A stretch of 63,863 nucleotides of DNA, filler included, from Ministeria vibrans ATCC 50519 (taxonomy: Eukaryota; Protista; Filasterea), in assembly GCA_943704425.1 (NCBI GenBank). It is 6 parts of 6 records of this genome, joined end to end, with 100 filler letters (N's around TTAATTAATTAA, not from the genome) between each part and the next. Parts side by side here need not be neighbours in the genome. Positions count along the whole stretch, not along the records: positions 1 to 22,607 come from CALSCP010002011.1; 5 more parts are not named here. One strand, given 5' to 3'. The notes beneath the pieces were generated by a model, which did no database searches, was not told the DNA's origin, and saw only the letters and a list, made by a program, of their open reading frames with translations. Shown here piece after piece: positions 1 through 13,480 of the stretch. A program made the position numbers and the translations under genes. How positions within the stretch are numbered: the stretch's first letter is position 1; each line of letters starts with the position of its first letter.

Positions 1-86
<86 letters not shown>
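1..86. repeat. (CT)n microsatellite
   Basis: Perfect CT dinucleotide run at the window start. Confidence 0.98.
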
Positions 87-89
<3 letters not shown>

Positions 90-179
90 CCTCTCTCGCA
101 TCACTTTGTTCTTCCTCCCCCCTCCTCTATCTAACCCTAACCCTCTTACCTAAAATCACCGGCACATGCTCACAGTTAC

Positions 180-835
<656 letters not shown>

Positions 836-930
836 CGCAATTCGGGATGCCAGAGAGACCGATCACCAACTCAATAATTGAAACTAAGAAGATAAGTGAG
901 AAATTGAGAATAATGAATAAAATTATTGTC

Positions 931-2420
931 ATGTCAAACCTTCCAGTTGAAAATGTGTACCTGGTCAAACCATCTATTGAACAAGTGTGTGACGTGATCA
1001 GACCAGCGCTAGAGGCAAACTTTGAAGAGTAATTTGCATGTCTGTTTTGCTTGGCTTTCACTGGCGATCGTCCCGTAGAGTCACCGTTACCAAGGCCTCA
1101 TGTCCCGATCTTCGCGAGGCCCCGTGGAACATGGCCTATGAAGGCCTGGGGGACGAGCACAGATGCTTGGCAGACGTCGGCGGTGTCCCCAATCTTGTTC
1201 CGTCCGTCAAGGTCCACCGATCGCTCTCCGTCTCCCTCTCCGCCTTACTGTGCCCTCCTTCCTGTAGCGCGACAAGGTGTACACGCTTGAAGATGTGCTT
1301 GCTGCGGACACGGCCACGGCCACGGGCGGTAACAAGTGTTTTCTTGGGGCTGGCGCTGGAAGTTTCTCTCTGATGGGCTGCAATTGCGAACTTATGCCCA
1401 ACGTCAACCTCACCACGGACAGCATTCTCACGCAAACCGCCAAGGTCGACGACGACGGCACAGCGTCACTCCACCCGCACAAATCCACCGAGTTTGCTTT
1501 GCTCATGAACCTTCTTGTGCACTCCGGACAGGTTCATGCATTCATCTCTCTTTGCTTGTTATGCCAACTCCCATATCTTTTCTTAGCCGTGCCCCGCCAT
1601 TAAAGTACATGTCAAGAAACGTACGGGCGACGAAAATTTTGTCACGTGCATGCGCAAGGCTCTCGAGGCACATTATAGTAAGTGGCACACCTTTAGCACA
1701 CATACACACACAAAAAATAACAAACACACAATATAATAATAATAATAATAATAATTATTATTATTATTATTAATTTATATTTATTATAATAATAATTTAT
1801 TATAATAATTATATATATATATATATATATACTAAGAACACATACTAGGCACACTCACACAAGTTGACCTTCTTTCAGAGGCAGAAAACACGCCCGTGGG
1901 ACTTGGCGGAGTCTTCCTTGTGGCAGAAGGACAGGTGCGGTCGCATGTCATGCCGCAATTCAGTGGTGAACCACTCACCAGCGACGACGACGTCAACAAC
2001 TGGCTCAAGTTTTACACCATGTCCGCTCCCCTTGTCGTACGCCCATTTCCTCGCTTCTTATTTTCTACTCTCATCCTCTCTATTACGTTATTTCTTTCTT
2101 CTTCATCACACACACACGCACACACACACTCTCTCTCTTTCTCTGCCCCCATTAGAACCTCTCCACTTTTGTGTCCCACGACGCTGGCCTTGACCTGCGC
2201 CTCGAGCACACCCACTTCTTCAGGTATTTCTCGCTCCTATCCTCTCCTCCTACTATCCCTTCCGCTCACTCCCCTCTTCTACAGCGACCACAACGAGGGC
2301 GGCCACTACCACAACGACGTCACGCCCGACACCATCGAATACATCGGTTACTTTGTCGTTGCCGAGCGAATGTTGCGCGTCGACCGACCCACAATCACGC
2401 ACAAAGTCGGACGTGACTAA
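931..2420 (+). CDS. C11orf54: C11orf54/PTD012-like ester hydrolase (DUF1907), multi-exon
   Basis: Motifs CPDLREAPW, DVGGVPNLVP, GAGAGS...NCELMPN, GLGGVFL...HVMP, LRLEHTHFF|SDHNEGGHYHNDVTP (Zn-binding His) and the C-terminus VGRD*. Confidence 0.9.
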
Positions 2421-2463
2421 ACATATACAAGTGACACAATAAAAAATAAAAATAAATTACAAT

Positions 2464-5400
2464 TCAGTTGAGAAGGGAAACCGAGCCCGATTCACTGCCG
2501 AGCAACATGAGCTGGTTCATGTGAAGCAGCTCAAGACAAGACGCGGCGCCGCGCAGGGACTCCGGGCGAAGCTTGGCACTCGCAAAGGCACTGTACCCTC
2601 CCGAGTCCACATCCGAGTGTGCCCCAAGACGATTGTTTGAGCTCACCGAAAACAACTGTCTCTCGTGCAGTCCAAACCCAACCACAGAATCAGTGTGCCC
2701 TACAATCGCAAAAAAAANNNNNNNNNNNNNNNNNNNNNNNNNNNNNNNNNNNNNNNNNNNNNNNNNNNNNNNNNNNNNNNNNNNNNNNNNAAAAAAAAAC
2801 AATAATAATAGTTTAGAATAATGATACAAAAAAAAAAAGAACATACCGCGAAAGAGAGCGGCACGCGACGCCTGAGGCACAGCCCAACGGGAAAGCATGT
2901 GATCGGACGAGCACGAAAAGAGGTGCTTGGCATCGGCATGTAGTCGCAGCACGTCGCTCTCGTGCGCCTTCCATGTTGCCAGCAGAATGCCTGTGTGCAG
3001 GTCCAACAGCGAAACGAGTCCCGAGGAGAAACCCACAGCAATCCACGAGCCCGCAATAGGGTCAACGGCCAGAGAACGGATCACCCCCGCATTGACCATG
3101 CACGTGCGCCACTCGTGCATCGGCAGCTCCGAACGCAAGTCGAAGAAGCGCAACGTGCCGTCCGTTGTCGCGCCCACCAGCTGCGCGCGCATCGGTAGCG
3201 GTGCAAACTGCACAATAGATGACTTGACCTCAAACTGACGAGTGCGAATGCCCGATTCGGGGTCCCACACATGCAGTGTGCCGTCACACGAGACAATTAA
3301 CGAGTCGTCCTCGATAAAGTCGCACGAAATCAGTCCCTTGCGATGCGCCGCATACGTACGCACCGGCTGCTCCGCATCAATGTTCCACAGCCGCACCGTC
3401 TTGTCCTTGCTCGCCGTCACAAACATACGCTCGTCCTGTCGCACGCGCACACTGCGAATTGCACTTGTGTGACCCCGGTAGGAGCGCAGGTGCCGGTCGT
3501 GAAAGGCAAACTGAGGCGCACGCACACTCGCACACTGCTCCTCCAGATACTCGTGCCAATTGGCCGTCGTCAGCGTACGATACTCCGCCGGCGTCATGCC
3601 CATCTCCTCCACTCCAACAACGCGCGGCGTTCCGCTCATGCTGTTGTTGTTAGCATTGCTCACACCCGCACCACTGGCAGTGGCGCTGTTCAACGTGCCC
3701 GTTCCCGTGCTCGCCAATGTTGCTGTGGTCGCGCTCGTGTCATAGCTCATCGTGTCCGCATTGCTGCTCGCATCCAACGACACACCCTCGCCTGCACTGT
3801 GCGGCGAGGTGCCCCGGGGCCCAAGCATGGCTGAGGGCGAGTCAAACGATAGCGGCGTCGTCGACGACTGGCGTCGCTGGGGCGGGACTGGAGTCGACGA
3901 TGACGATGACGACACTGTCATGGACGAATCGTCGTGCGCCAGTTCACCCTGCTCCGAATCACAAGCCCCGTCGTCCCCCTCATCATTTCTCTTGTTGTTG
4001 CCGTTGCCGTTGCCGTTGTTGTTGTTGCTGTTGTTGTTGCTGTTGTTCAAGTGCTCGTACATGAGGTGCTCAATGAGGTTGCTGTTCCCAATGTTGCGTC
4101 GCATCGTCTCCTGGCCAATGAGCTGGCAAAACTGCGAGTATCCATGACACGCCATCTCGGCGGTAAACACCTCGGCGAGTTGACGCTCCACTTCTTCACG
4201 ACGTGCCTCCAGCGTGATTGTCGAGTCGTCCCGCACAAGTTCAGCCGACGATTGCTTCCGCTGCTGCTCTTCTTTGGAGCCCTCTTCGCCGTCGCCATCG
4301 CCATCGCCATCGCCGTCATCGCTGCGATGCTTGTGTTGCTCTTGCTTTTGCTCTTGATGCTTCATCTGAAGCGTGTCAGTACTCATGACGCTAAGTGCAT
4401 CTGAGTGAACCATGTCAAATTTGCTGAGAAAGAAGCTAAGCAACGGCAGTACTCGATGGGTGCTCTCGTGGCGTCCTACCAGACGCGACACCTGCACAAG
4501 CAAGTCGATCATACGCTGGGCGACCATGCGACGCAGTGCGCTCGTGTCGCCACAGGCCGGGCCTAGGTCGGGATGGGACAGACCTTCAATCACTGGCATG
4601 ATGAGACTCGGTCCAATCTGGTCGACAACGTGCTGTAGCGACGACTCGTCCAGGTGCGTGATGACGGCCGTCACAAGACGCAACAAATTTCCAATGGTGA
4701 TGCCCGCCTTGGCGGTTGCCTTGTTTGCATTGGCAGTGACCATCTGGAAGGCAAACGGCAAATACTGATTGACAAAGAGTGTGTCACCAAAGCGCACAAT
4801 AACATTCACAAGTAGCTCCAGTGCATTGCCTGCCGTCGCTTTGCCGAGGTGCCGCAAAAGGGGTCGCGTAAAGAATCGACACACAATAATAGGACCAAGA
4901 CGTTCAAGAAGGTCCGTCGTCGACTTGAACGCCAGCTGCGCCACCGACGGGTCGTCGGCGACGACTGCGTCGACAAAGAACCCCGCAAAGTGCTCGAGAA
5001 ATAGCTGCGTTCCAAAGCGATGCTGAAGAACCACAAGAAATCGACCGTCTAGCAGCTTGAGTTGCAGAAGCGTGCTGTCGGTCCGCTCAAACAGCGCCAA
5101 GAGAGGTCGCAAAAAGACCTTGAGCGTCTCGGCGTGCCCAAGGCGTTCCGTGATGGGTCCAAAGAGCGAAATGGAATGCGTACAAACGAGCAGGTCGTCT
5201 TCGCTGCTGTGCGCCGAGCAGTCAAAGAGCGACGACAGGTAGGGCAGTACAATGGCAAAGCCATCGTGTGGCAGCATGGTAAGAAAATCGAGATTGCGCT
5301 TGGCTAATCGTACGCGCGTGAGTGGGTCGTGTGCGGTGCGAAACTCCGAAATGAACTCGTAAAGACGGGCAAAGTAGTGGGGAAACACAAAGGCAGGCAC

Positions 5401-8400
5401 GGAGCCGGGTGGGGTCGAGAGCAAGAGCGCCGCCGTGGGTGGCAGAGGCTGGCTCTGGAGAAGCGACGAAACACAGGTGCGTACCGAGGAGGGCAAGTGA
5501 CCCAGCGACAGAGGACGATGATGTGGGTTGGCCTGGACACTCGCATTGGGACAGGCACTCGACAGCGAAAAGAGTGAGTGAGCAACACCCGCGATAGAGG
5601 CAAGGTCGTCGTAGCATCGTTCGCGAAAGGAGAGCGCCGACAAATCAACGGGAGGCTGTCGTTGCATAGTGGTCAGGCCAAGTTGGTCACGCACCGTCTG
5701 GCTGCCGGTGCTCGTCATCAGGTTGTTGCACACGTTCGACGTGAATCGCGCGAGATGCTCTTCATGCAGCAAATGCCCCACCAAATCGAGGTTGGTCAGC
5801 TCCTGCGGCAAATGGATCGGCGGTTTCTGCACAGAGGTGGACGTTGAGGAGAGCGTCGAATTGGAATTACCACCTCCACCATGATGATGTCCTCCACGCT
5901 TGGGATAGCCAGTCGGGCCGCTGCCACTACCTCCGCCTGTGCCACCCACGACGCTGCCACTGGTACCAGAAGTGGCACCGCTGCCACTCCCTCCGCGACT
6001 GTTGTTGCTCACCACCGTACCACCCGCTGCACCTCCGGCTCCCGCCACATTGCCACCACTCCCAGCGCCTCCGCCGCCTCCGCCGCTCGCACCCCCACCC
6101 GCGTTCATCGCGTCCAGTGAGCCTGAAAAACTCACATTGGACGATTCACGTCGAATCGCCTCAGTAGAGCTCTCGTGGCTCACGTTGCCACTCGTTCCCA
6201 CACCGCCACTACCGCCGCCACCGTTGCCGCCGCCACTACCACTGCCACCACCAGTTAAATTGTCGGCATTGGAAAACGAGGTACCGTCACCCGCGTTGAA
6301 CGTCATGCCATCGCCAGTGCCACCCGCTCCACCTGCAGCGCCGGTACCGCCCTCGTCGGCAACGATTGATGACGGGCCCGCAGCAGATGCGGAAGTATGG
6401 TCGCGAGATTTGATATCAAAGACACGTTGCAGCTGGGACTCGAGGCCAGGCAAGAGATTGAGCTTGCCCATGGGGCCTTGGGATGGAGGTGGCGGTGGCT
6501 TGACCATGCCGCGGCCACGTACAGCAGGAATAGTTACTTCGGTGAAAACACGAGGCGGATGGGGGTAGTTGAAGAGCTGGACAGCACCCTGTGTCTTGGG
6601 CGTTGTGTGGTTGTCAACATTGGACAAAAAAACGTTTTTGGCAGCAACCGCCGCAAGACCCGTCGTCTTGAACCCAAACGTGAGGTCAATCCAGTGATTC
6701 AGCTTGCGCGAGACCACATCCGACTCGAGTGCCTGCCAAAAAAAAATGAAACGTTGAGAAAATGAATTATTATTACTACTATTGAGAACAATCTTACTTG
6801 CATGTGAAGATTGACAAACTCTTGTGGGGACCCGGCCCAGTCGGGCACGGCAAGATCGGGCATGTCATCGTGGATGGAAGTAAAAAGAGAGGGGTCGGTG
6901 AAGAACTCGGGAATGCACTCGTCTGGCGTCCACTCGTACATGCGCTGCATGCTCGCCGGGTACTCGGCCGGAACGTACTTGGCGCGCACGTAGCGCTGAA
7001 GGAGTGGCTTGTGGGTGTGACGTGCACGGTAGACAAAAAAAGTGATCTCCGAGAGCATTTCGGTGATGTGATGGGGAGTGGGACTGTCGTAGGTAATGTC
7101 GAGCTGCATGTCGCCCTTGGCCAGACGGAACTTGGTCTGGGTGAGGTCACGCCAGCCGCCGTCGCGCCGTGAGAAATCCATGACCCACGGCAGCACAGGG
7201 TGGTAGTTTGGATCGCCAAGGCGTCGTGCGGCAGCACGGTTAAGTGCCATGAGGTAGTCGTAGTTGCTGATGGCGCCACTCACCCAACCGCCCACCAGAT
7301 CGCCCAGAGGCGGATCCGACCGAAGCAGCCCTAGTCGTGCTGCGATGGTGTCGAAGAGTCAGCGATACGAGAAACCAATGATAGTTTAAAACATGCACTT
7401 GTACCTTCGGCAGTAAGCGAGACACGCGTATGGACAGAAAGTGCGCGAGGGAGAGCGGGAGAGGCGCACGTAATGCCCGTGACAGTTGTCCACAGCTGCT
7501 CATCAATAAGCACATTTGACATGTCTAGTGCACCATGCGAGCACCCGTGTGTGTGCAGAAAAGCAATGGCAGAAACAATTTGGTACAGAACAAACAGAGG
7601 GCGTGCCAGATTGTTCTGTGATGTAAAATAGCATAATATCAATATATAATTATTTTAATTATTTTAATATTGTTAGAGTTTGAGGGTGCATAGACTGCGT
7701 TATTTTTTTTTTTTTTTTTTTTTTTTTGGCTATAACATTTACCTTGAACATGGCGGGGCTGAAGCGCACACAGTCAGCAAGGGTGTACTGGAAGTGATGG
7801 AGAACAAGGTAGATGGCAGAATCGGTTTCGATGACGGCATAGAGTGGCGGAAGAGCCGACTGGGGCTGGCTGGTGGGTGGGAGGGCACCCAAAGGTGGTG
7901 CGGGGACGCTAATGCGCGGCGACGCACCAGTTGCTAGCGCGTCCATTTCGGGCAAAACCAAGAAGGGAATGTCGTAGCCAAGACGCTCAAGAATCGGTTT
8001 TATGTCCTTGTTCTGTGCGACAAAAAGAGAGCGTATTGTCTCAGAGGTACAGATTTTTTTGAGAACGTACAAAGTTGAGTGCTCGATCTTGGGCAGAATT
8101 CTTGGTCGACACTGCGTTGGAGGTAGAGACGCTCGACTCGTCAGTTCGACTGTTATAGTATTGAAGAAGTTTGGGAAGTTCCGAGGCCTATCGCACACAA
8201 CAACAACACAAGTTAATCGTGCATCAACAAACAAAAGCTCGAGCATGTCAACGTGTCGTGCGCTTGCGTACGTGTAAATCTTTGTTGGCAGCCGAAATCT
8301 GCTCGAGATAGGTAAACACATCAGGGCCTGACGTAGACGTCTTCGTTGCGGCGGCCTCGGCGGCGGGATCAAAGGCTTTGGGTCTGAAGGGGAAAGACGG

Positions 8401-8861
8401 ATTGTGTCAAGTTCGTCTCTGAGGCACGACGGCGTGTGCGGCGTACCTGCGAGACGCGAGAGCCCCGTCGTTGCCCGAGGCAAGTGGCGTCTTGGGAATG
8501 ATTTTGACGGTGACGGGAACCCAGGGATGCTGGAAGCTTGCCTTGGACGACTGCGCGAGGAAACTGAGTCGTTGTCGTTCGCATTCTGAACGAAGAAAAA
8601 GAAAAGAAAAAAAAAAGAGGTCAGAGTGGACGGAATGGGCGCGTGTGCAGCGCGCATACCGTCCAGATGGGTGTGGCAGTCGACGAGGCGCTGCTTGTGC
8701 ACAACAGAGTCGAGCCAGCTCTCGTGGACGATGCAGCAGGCTGAGCTTCCGATGGTTTGCGTCGACGGTTCGCTTTGAGGCGCATACGAACACGCCGCCG
8801 CCACGCCAAGATCGCTCACAACGAGCTCCTCCAGCTGCGAGCGTGACACTCGCTGGCCCAT
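2464..8861 (-). CDS. WDR81: WDR81-like protein (pseudokinase-BEACH-WD40), multi-exon
   Basis: Kinase-like [16 protein letters not shown]...[20 protein letters not shown]...[15 protein letters not shown] and [13 protein letters not shown], then [11 protein letters not shown]-terminal WD40 (GHTSAIRSV...SKDKTVRLW). An N gap at 2718-2790 lies in an intron. Confidence 0.9.
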
Positions 8862-8958
8862 ACGCGCGCAAAGAGAATAAGACTAGTTTTAACTTTAACT
8901 TGAATAACTTCGGAGTTATAGTTAGTTATCCNNNNNNCTTATCATGTTATTCAATTAA

Positions 8959-10561
8959 TTATTGGTGTACAAAACTCATACAAAGATTGTGATCGCGTGG
9001 ATCGCCCCAGCCGCCATTGGGAGTGACTGTGCGAGGAGTAAGTGAAGCGCGCCTGGAAGACACTTCAAACGGGTTGGACGAAGCAGAGCGTAGCGTTTCA
9101 GCGTGGTCTTTCAGCAGTGTGCGCACCGAATCGTAGCGCGCAAAGGGATCGCACTTTGGTGGGGCACGGGAGCCCATGCGACGACGATGTTCTTCGTCGT
9201 GATGCATGCCGGAGCAAGTGCCGAGGTGAAAGGCGCGCGGGGTGTCGAGAGCCAATGCCTTGAGCCGGAAGCCCAGACAGCGTTCGCCCAGGTGCTGCAG
9301 GGTCCAATCCCAGTTGTAGTCGTCGAATGAGCAGAATGCCTCGTTGCACTGCTTGAGCTGCGTCCACAGCCGTCGGTCAAACGACATGGCCATGTTGTGC
9401 TCGGTCGACAGCCAGGCAGTCGCATGGGCCAGGTGTGCACCGGCAAAGGAGGGCGCCGCGTAGCTTGCCAGCGAGAGCACTGCGCAATCCGAACACACAC
9501 GGTCGCGCAGCACCGCCAGCTCGTGTACAGCGTTTACTAAGTCCGGTGATACGTAGTGGTCTTCTTCGAGCAGCACGACGGGTCCTTGGTAGTCGCGCGT
9601 GATCGGCAGCCGGTCAAACACAAAGTTAGCTTTGTACCACCAGTGGTGTTTGGTAGCCGTGAATTTGGCCTCGCGGTAGTGTCCATATCGGTCCGGTGTC
9701 TGCGCATTGTTGCATTTCTTTGCACTGTTTGGAAAAGAAAAAGATAATTTAGAGAGAGCAAAAGGGAAGGGAGAGGTGTAAGTCAACATCGTACATGGCA
9801 GCGTCTTTCTTGAGGTCGCGCGCACAGTCGTTGGGGTCGGTCCCTGGAAACGTATCCGGATGGAGTTGTATGGAGTGGGGAAAATAGGAGAGGGTCCAGC
9901 GGCAAAAGTCGATTGTTGCAACGGTGCGTGTGAGGTTGGCACTCCAGAAATCAGCTGAGACAACCAAGAGTACTTCGTCGACACGATCCATCGCACGCAC
10001 CGACTCCAACAGCCACTCCAAATAGTCAATGCGCTTATGCACCTGCACCACCACCACAAGGGCAAGATCCTTGTTGAACGCGTCCGCGTTCTCAACTCGC
10101 AGTGCGCTGTTGTGAGAGTCGACAAAGGCGCGCAGCAAACCAATCTGCGCCTTGGTGAGTGCGTCAGGCATCCAGTCCGTCATCGCCGCTGGTGGTAGCA
10201 CCTGAGGTACGCTCTGCTCTTGGGACGTCGACTGCTTCTCTGCGTGTGCATCTGCGAGTGCATCTGCGACGGTAGTGGGCGGGATTGGAGCGCCCAAGTG
10301 TGACTGGGGAAGAGATTCTGATTCTTCACGGCGTGCCACGTCAACGGGCGGTGGTGGTGGAGGAGGAGGAGGAAGAGGAGGAGGAGGAGGAGGTGGTGGT
10401 CTGGCGTGCGTGGCCTGATCGTTGGGGCTGGGTGGCGGTGGCGGAGGCGGCGGTGGTGCGGTCAGGCTAAACAGTGCACAGGTGAGGACAATGCCCAGAA
10501 CTAGACCGAACCACACGCTGCGACGGCGTTGTGCGCCACACAAAATTCGCCGTAGCGACAT
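8959..10561 (-). CDS. MGAT2: Alpha-1,6-mannosyl-glycoprotein 2-beta-N-acetylglucosaminyltransferase (GnT-II)
   Basis: Type II TM anchor and Pro-rich stem, then VVQVHKRIDYL, FPGTDPNDC, PDRYGHYREAKF..KHHWWYK, LLEEDHY, FCSFDDYNWDWTL and NGGWGDPRDHNLC. Intron 9725-9794 joins the two ORFs in frame. Confidence 0.93.
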
Positions 10562-10950
10562 GTCAGCAAGAGATGACAGGCAAAATTATTAATTTATTAT
10601 TGAGAATTCGAGGAGAACGAGTATGAAAATAATATCGAGTGCACACAATTCAAAATACAACACAAAGAGCAGCACAATACTTTCGCTGTAGGCTTCTAGA
10701 CGATTACGACGAGATGACTCACTCACGAGAATGTTTAAAGAAGGAGTATGTACTCCATTTATTATACAACATTGGGCGCAAAAAGAAGCCAGACTTCAGA
10801 ACAATTTGACTCACTCAAGATCGACAGTGACTGCTTAGTTCACACTTTGTATGAAATATTTTTGAAAGTATCAACACTATGAATTATGATAATATTATAA
10901 AAATATAATACAGTAAGTAAGGGGTGCATTGGAGAGCGATACTTTGGCAC

Positions 10951-12030
10951 TCATTCTACTATCGTGGTCTGGGTCAGCTCAAAGACGCAGTTGTTGTCGG
11001 AGTGGAGAAAATCTTTGCGAGCAAGTAACTCCAAATACAGCATGATGCGTTCTTCTCCAAACAAAGGAAGATGTTGTTGCAACTCCTGCACTGTCTACAT
11101 TAACGAGAAGTTAGACACACACTACCCAACCAGAACACCACATACCAACTGAGCGCTTTTTGTGAATTGCGAATACACCTGCTGAAGTTCGCTGGCTCCT
11201 GTACCCGTGCGAAACACCGCAGGGAACAGAGAAAGATCCAATGGAGGCAATTGTCGGACTGCAACGAAAGAAATCAATCAATACGTAAAAAAGTGTCATT
11301 TCAATTTCTCACCTTCGTTGCACACGACCGGTGCGCTCCGTGCCACAGTGACCGGTGCGCTCCGTGCCATGGCTGCCTATTTGAATCAACTCATCAGACG
11401 CACAACGGGTCTCCCAGCGCAGTGTGTACCTTGTCAACTCGCAGACCAGTCTGTGTTGTGTCCAGTGCCAGTGCGGGTGTCTGTGCAACTCACGGTCGTG
11501 TCAACGCGAACTGTCCCTCTCATTTTCTTACCTCGGGTGGGGACGGAAATTTAGGCGAGTCAGTGACTAGTTGTAGACTCTCAACACGGCGGCGGTGGGC
11601 GTCGGCGGGCGTCTTATAGGCGGGTGTCTACACAAGAGGGTTTGAACTTGGACCGGTCGTGCGCCAGCGAAGCAGCAACACGTACTTTCGGCGGAGATTG
11701 AAACACCGGAGACCGGTGGGTGCAATCAATAGGAGACACGATGGAAGTCCAGAGTCCAACGGGAGTCTGGCCGACTCGCAATGCCGGTGTCTAAATTCAA
11801 AAATAATTCAAAATGCAGCGCCGCCACGTCCGTACCTTGGGAGGCGACGAAAACTTCGGCGAGGCGCTGATTTTCTCATCAAGGTCTACTCTTTGGCCAG
11901 GCTGAAAGCGGACAGTCGTCGTTGGGGGCGAGTCCATTTCGAGGTCGGACTCATCGTGTGACTGACAGGGCGTGTTTGGCAGGCCTACGCCGCGCAGCCC
12001 ATTGCTTGAAGAGTTTTCCGTCGATGACAT
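10951..12030 (-). CDS. Uncharacterised 7-exon protein (~255 aa) with SP/TP repeats and a compact C-terminal helical domain
   Basis: Manually spliced through GT-AG introns 11791-11835, 11628-11685, 11481-11531, 11377-11429 and two more. The frame is kept to a TGA at 10951. Only exon 1 appears in the ORF track. Confidence 0.7.
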
Positions 12031-12191
12031 ACGAGAAAGAGAATGGAAATCTCAAATCAGGTGAGTAGCAAACTGTGTGAACAGTGAAAGTGCAGTTTAT
12101 AATGTTGAATAAAACTGTAAAAGACGTTCCCGAGAGTATTTATTTGGCAATTGGAGTTTTGCACTTTTTTTCACCCTCTTCTCCCTCTGTC

Positions 12192-13386
12192 ATGCACACT
12201 TCTGGTGTTCTGTGGCTCCCTTCAGTAGACGTGAATATGTGTGTGGCTGCAAGCGAGTGTGCAGTTGCACGCGTGACGGACTCCCTTCTGGTTTGGCCCA
12301 CACTTGGTCGGGTTGGCGCACTCACTCACCCCTTCTCCCCAAGGTGTCTGTCGAGTGCGACGCTGCTGCTGATGTCGCTCTCATTGAGCGACTCTTGGTT
12401 GCAGTATACGCTGCTACTGAACGTGCAGAGCCCAGAGTGAGCACCGTTGTTGTCGTGGGCGGTGCCAGAGTGACGGGTGTTGATCCACTGGTCCACGCCG
12501 ACGTACTAAACACATTATGTCGCGTTACTTCTCAACCTCATTCCACCCCTCCTCTTCTTTGCCTAAGGTTGACGTTCTTTTTGCCTGCCCCAATACACTC
12601 GTCAGTGTCACCAGTGTGAACAACGAGCGCACCCACTCGGCGCGTCCTCCACTTCATCTGGAGATTTTGCCCGACCTCGCCCCACTGAGCCCGAGCAATG
12701 ACAACCCCCCGCCTGGCAATTGCTCGAGATCAATTGGAAGCGCAACAGACGTGTGTCTTGGCGGCACGTTTGATCATCTGCACAACGGCCACAAGGTACG
12801 CTCTGCAATGGGCAACAGTCCATCTTGTTTAGCATGCGATTGTTCTAGATTCTTCTTACCGTCTCTGCACTACTGGCCAGCTGCCGTGTCGTCTGTGGTG
12901 TGAGCGGTACGTCGTATTGGTCGATAATTGGCGCTCTCTGACGTTTTTGCTTTGTTTTTGGCGTACCCTGTGCACAGCCGATGAGTTGCTCGTGAGAAAA
13001 AAGCACCGCGAACTGATTGAGCCGCTGTCCGCTCGCTGTGCCGCTGTCGAAGCACTGCTGCGGCAAGTCCGTGGACAAACCATTGCACTTGAGGTAAGCT
13101 TTCTGTGCGATTGCCAATTGAAGAACTCCCGTCCCATTCTGCGCAGATTGTCCCGATTCACGACGTGTATGGGCCAACTGTCCACGACGACGCACTCACA
13201 ATGCTGGTTGTGAGCGAAGAAACGCGTGCAGGCCATGCCGCTATCAATACAGAGCGCGCGCGGCGCGCTCTGGCTCCTCTCGACTGTCACATTGTGTCCC
13301 TTCTGTGCGACAACAGCGATAGCACCCACGACAAGATCAGCTCGTCCGCCATACGCGAGCGGATGGCGCGCGAGCTGGAGCCATGA
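12192..13386 (+). CDS. Phosphopantetheine adenylyltransferase (PPAT; COASY/Cab4-like, no kinase domain), multi-exon
   Basis: VCLGGTFDHLHNGHK (HxGH), KKHRELIEP, IHDVYGP, LVVSEET and DKISSSAIR, followed by a stop. Confidence 0.88.
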
Positions 13387-13480
13387 CACACAAAAAAAAA
13401 ACAACCCCTCCGACCCTTAAAAACTCATTCTCATCATGGCAATGTACATTTTTACTAATTTCACTTATGAATACATGATG

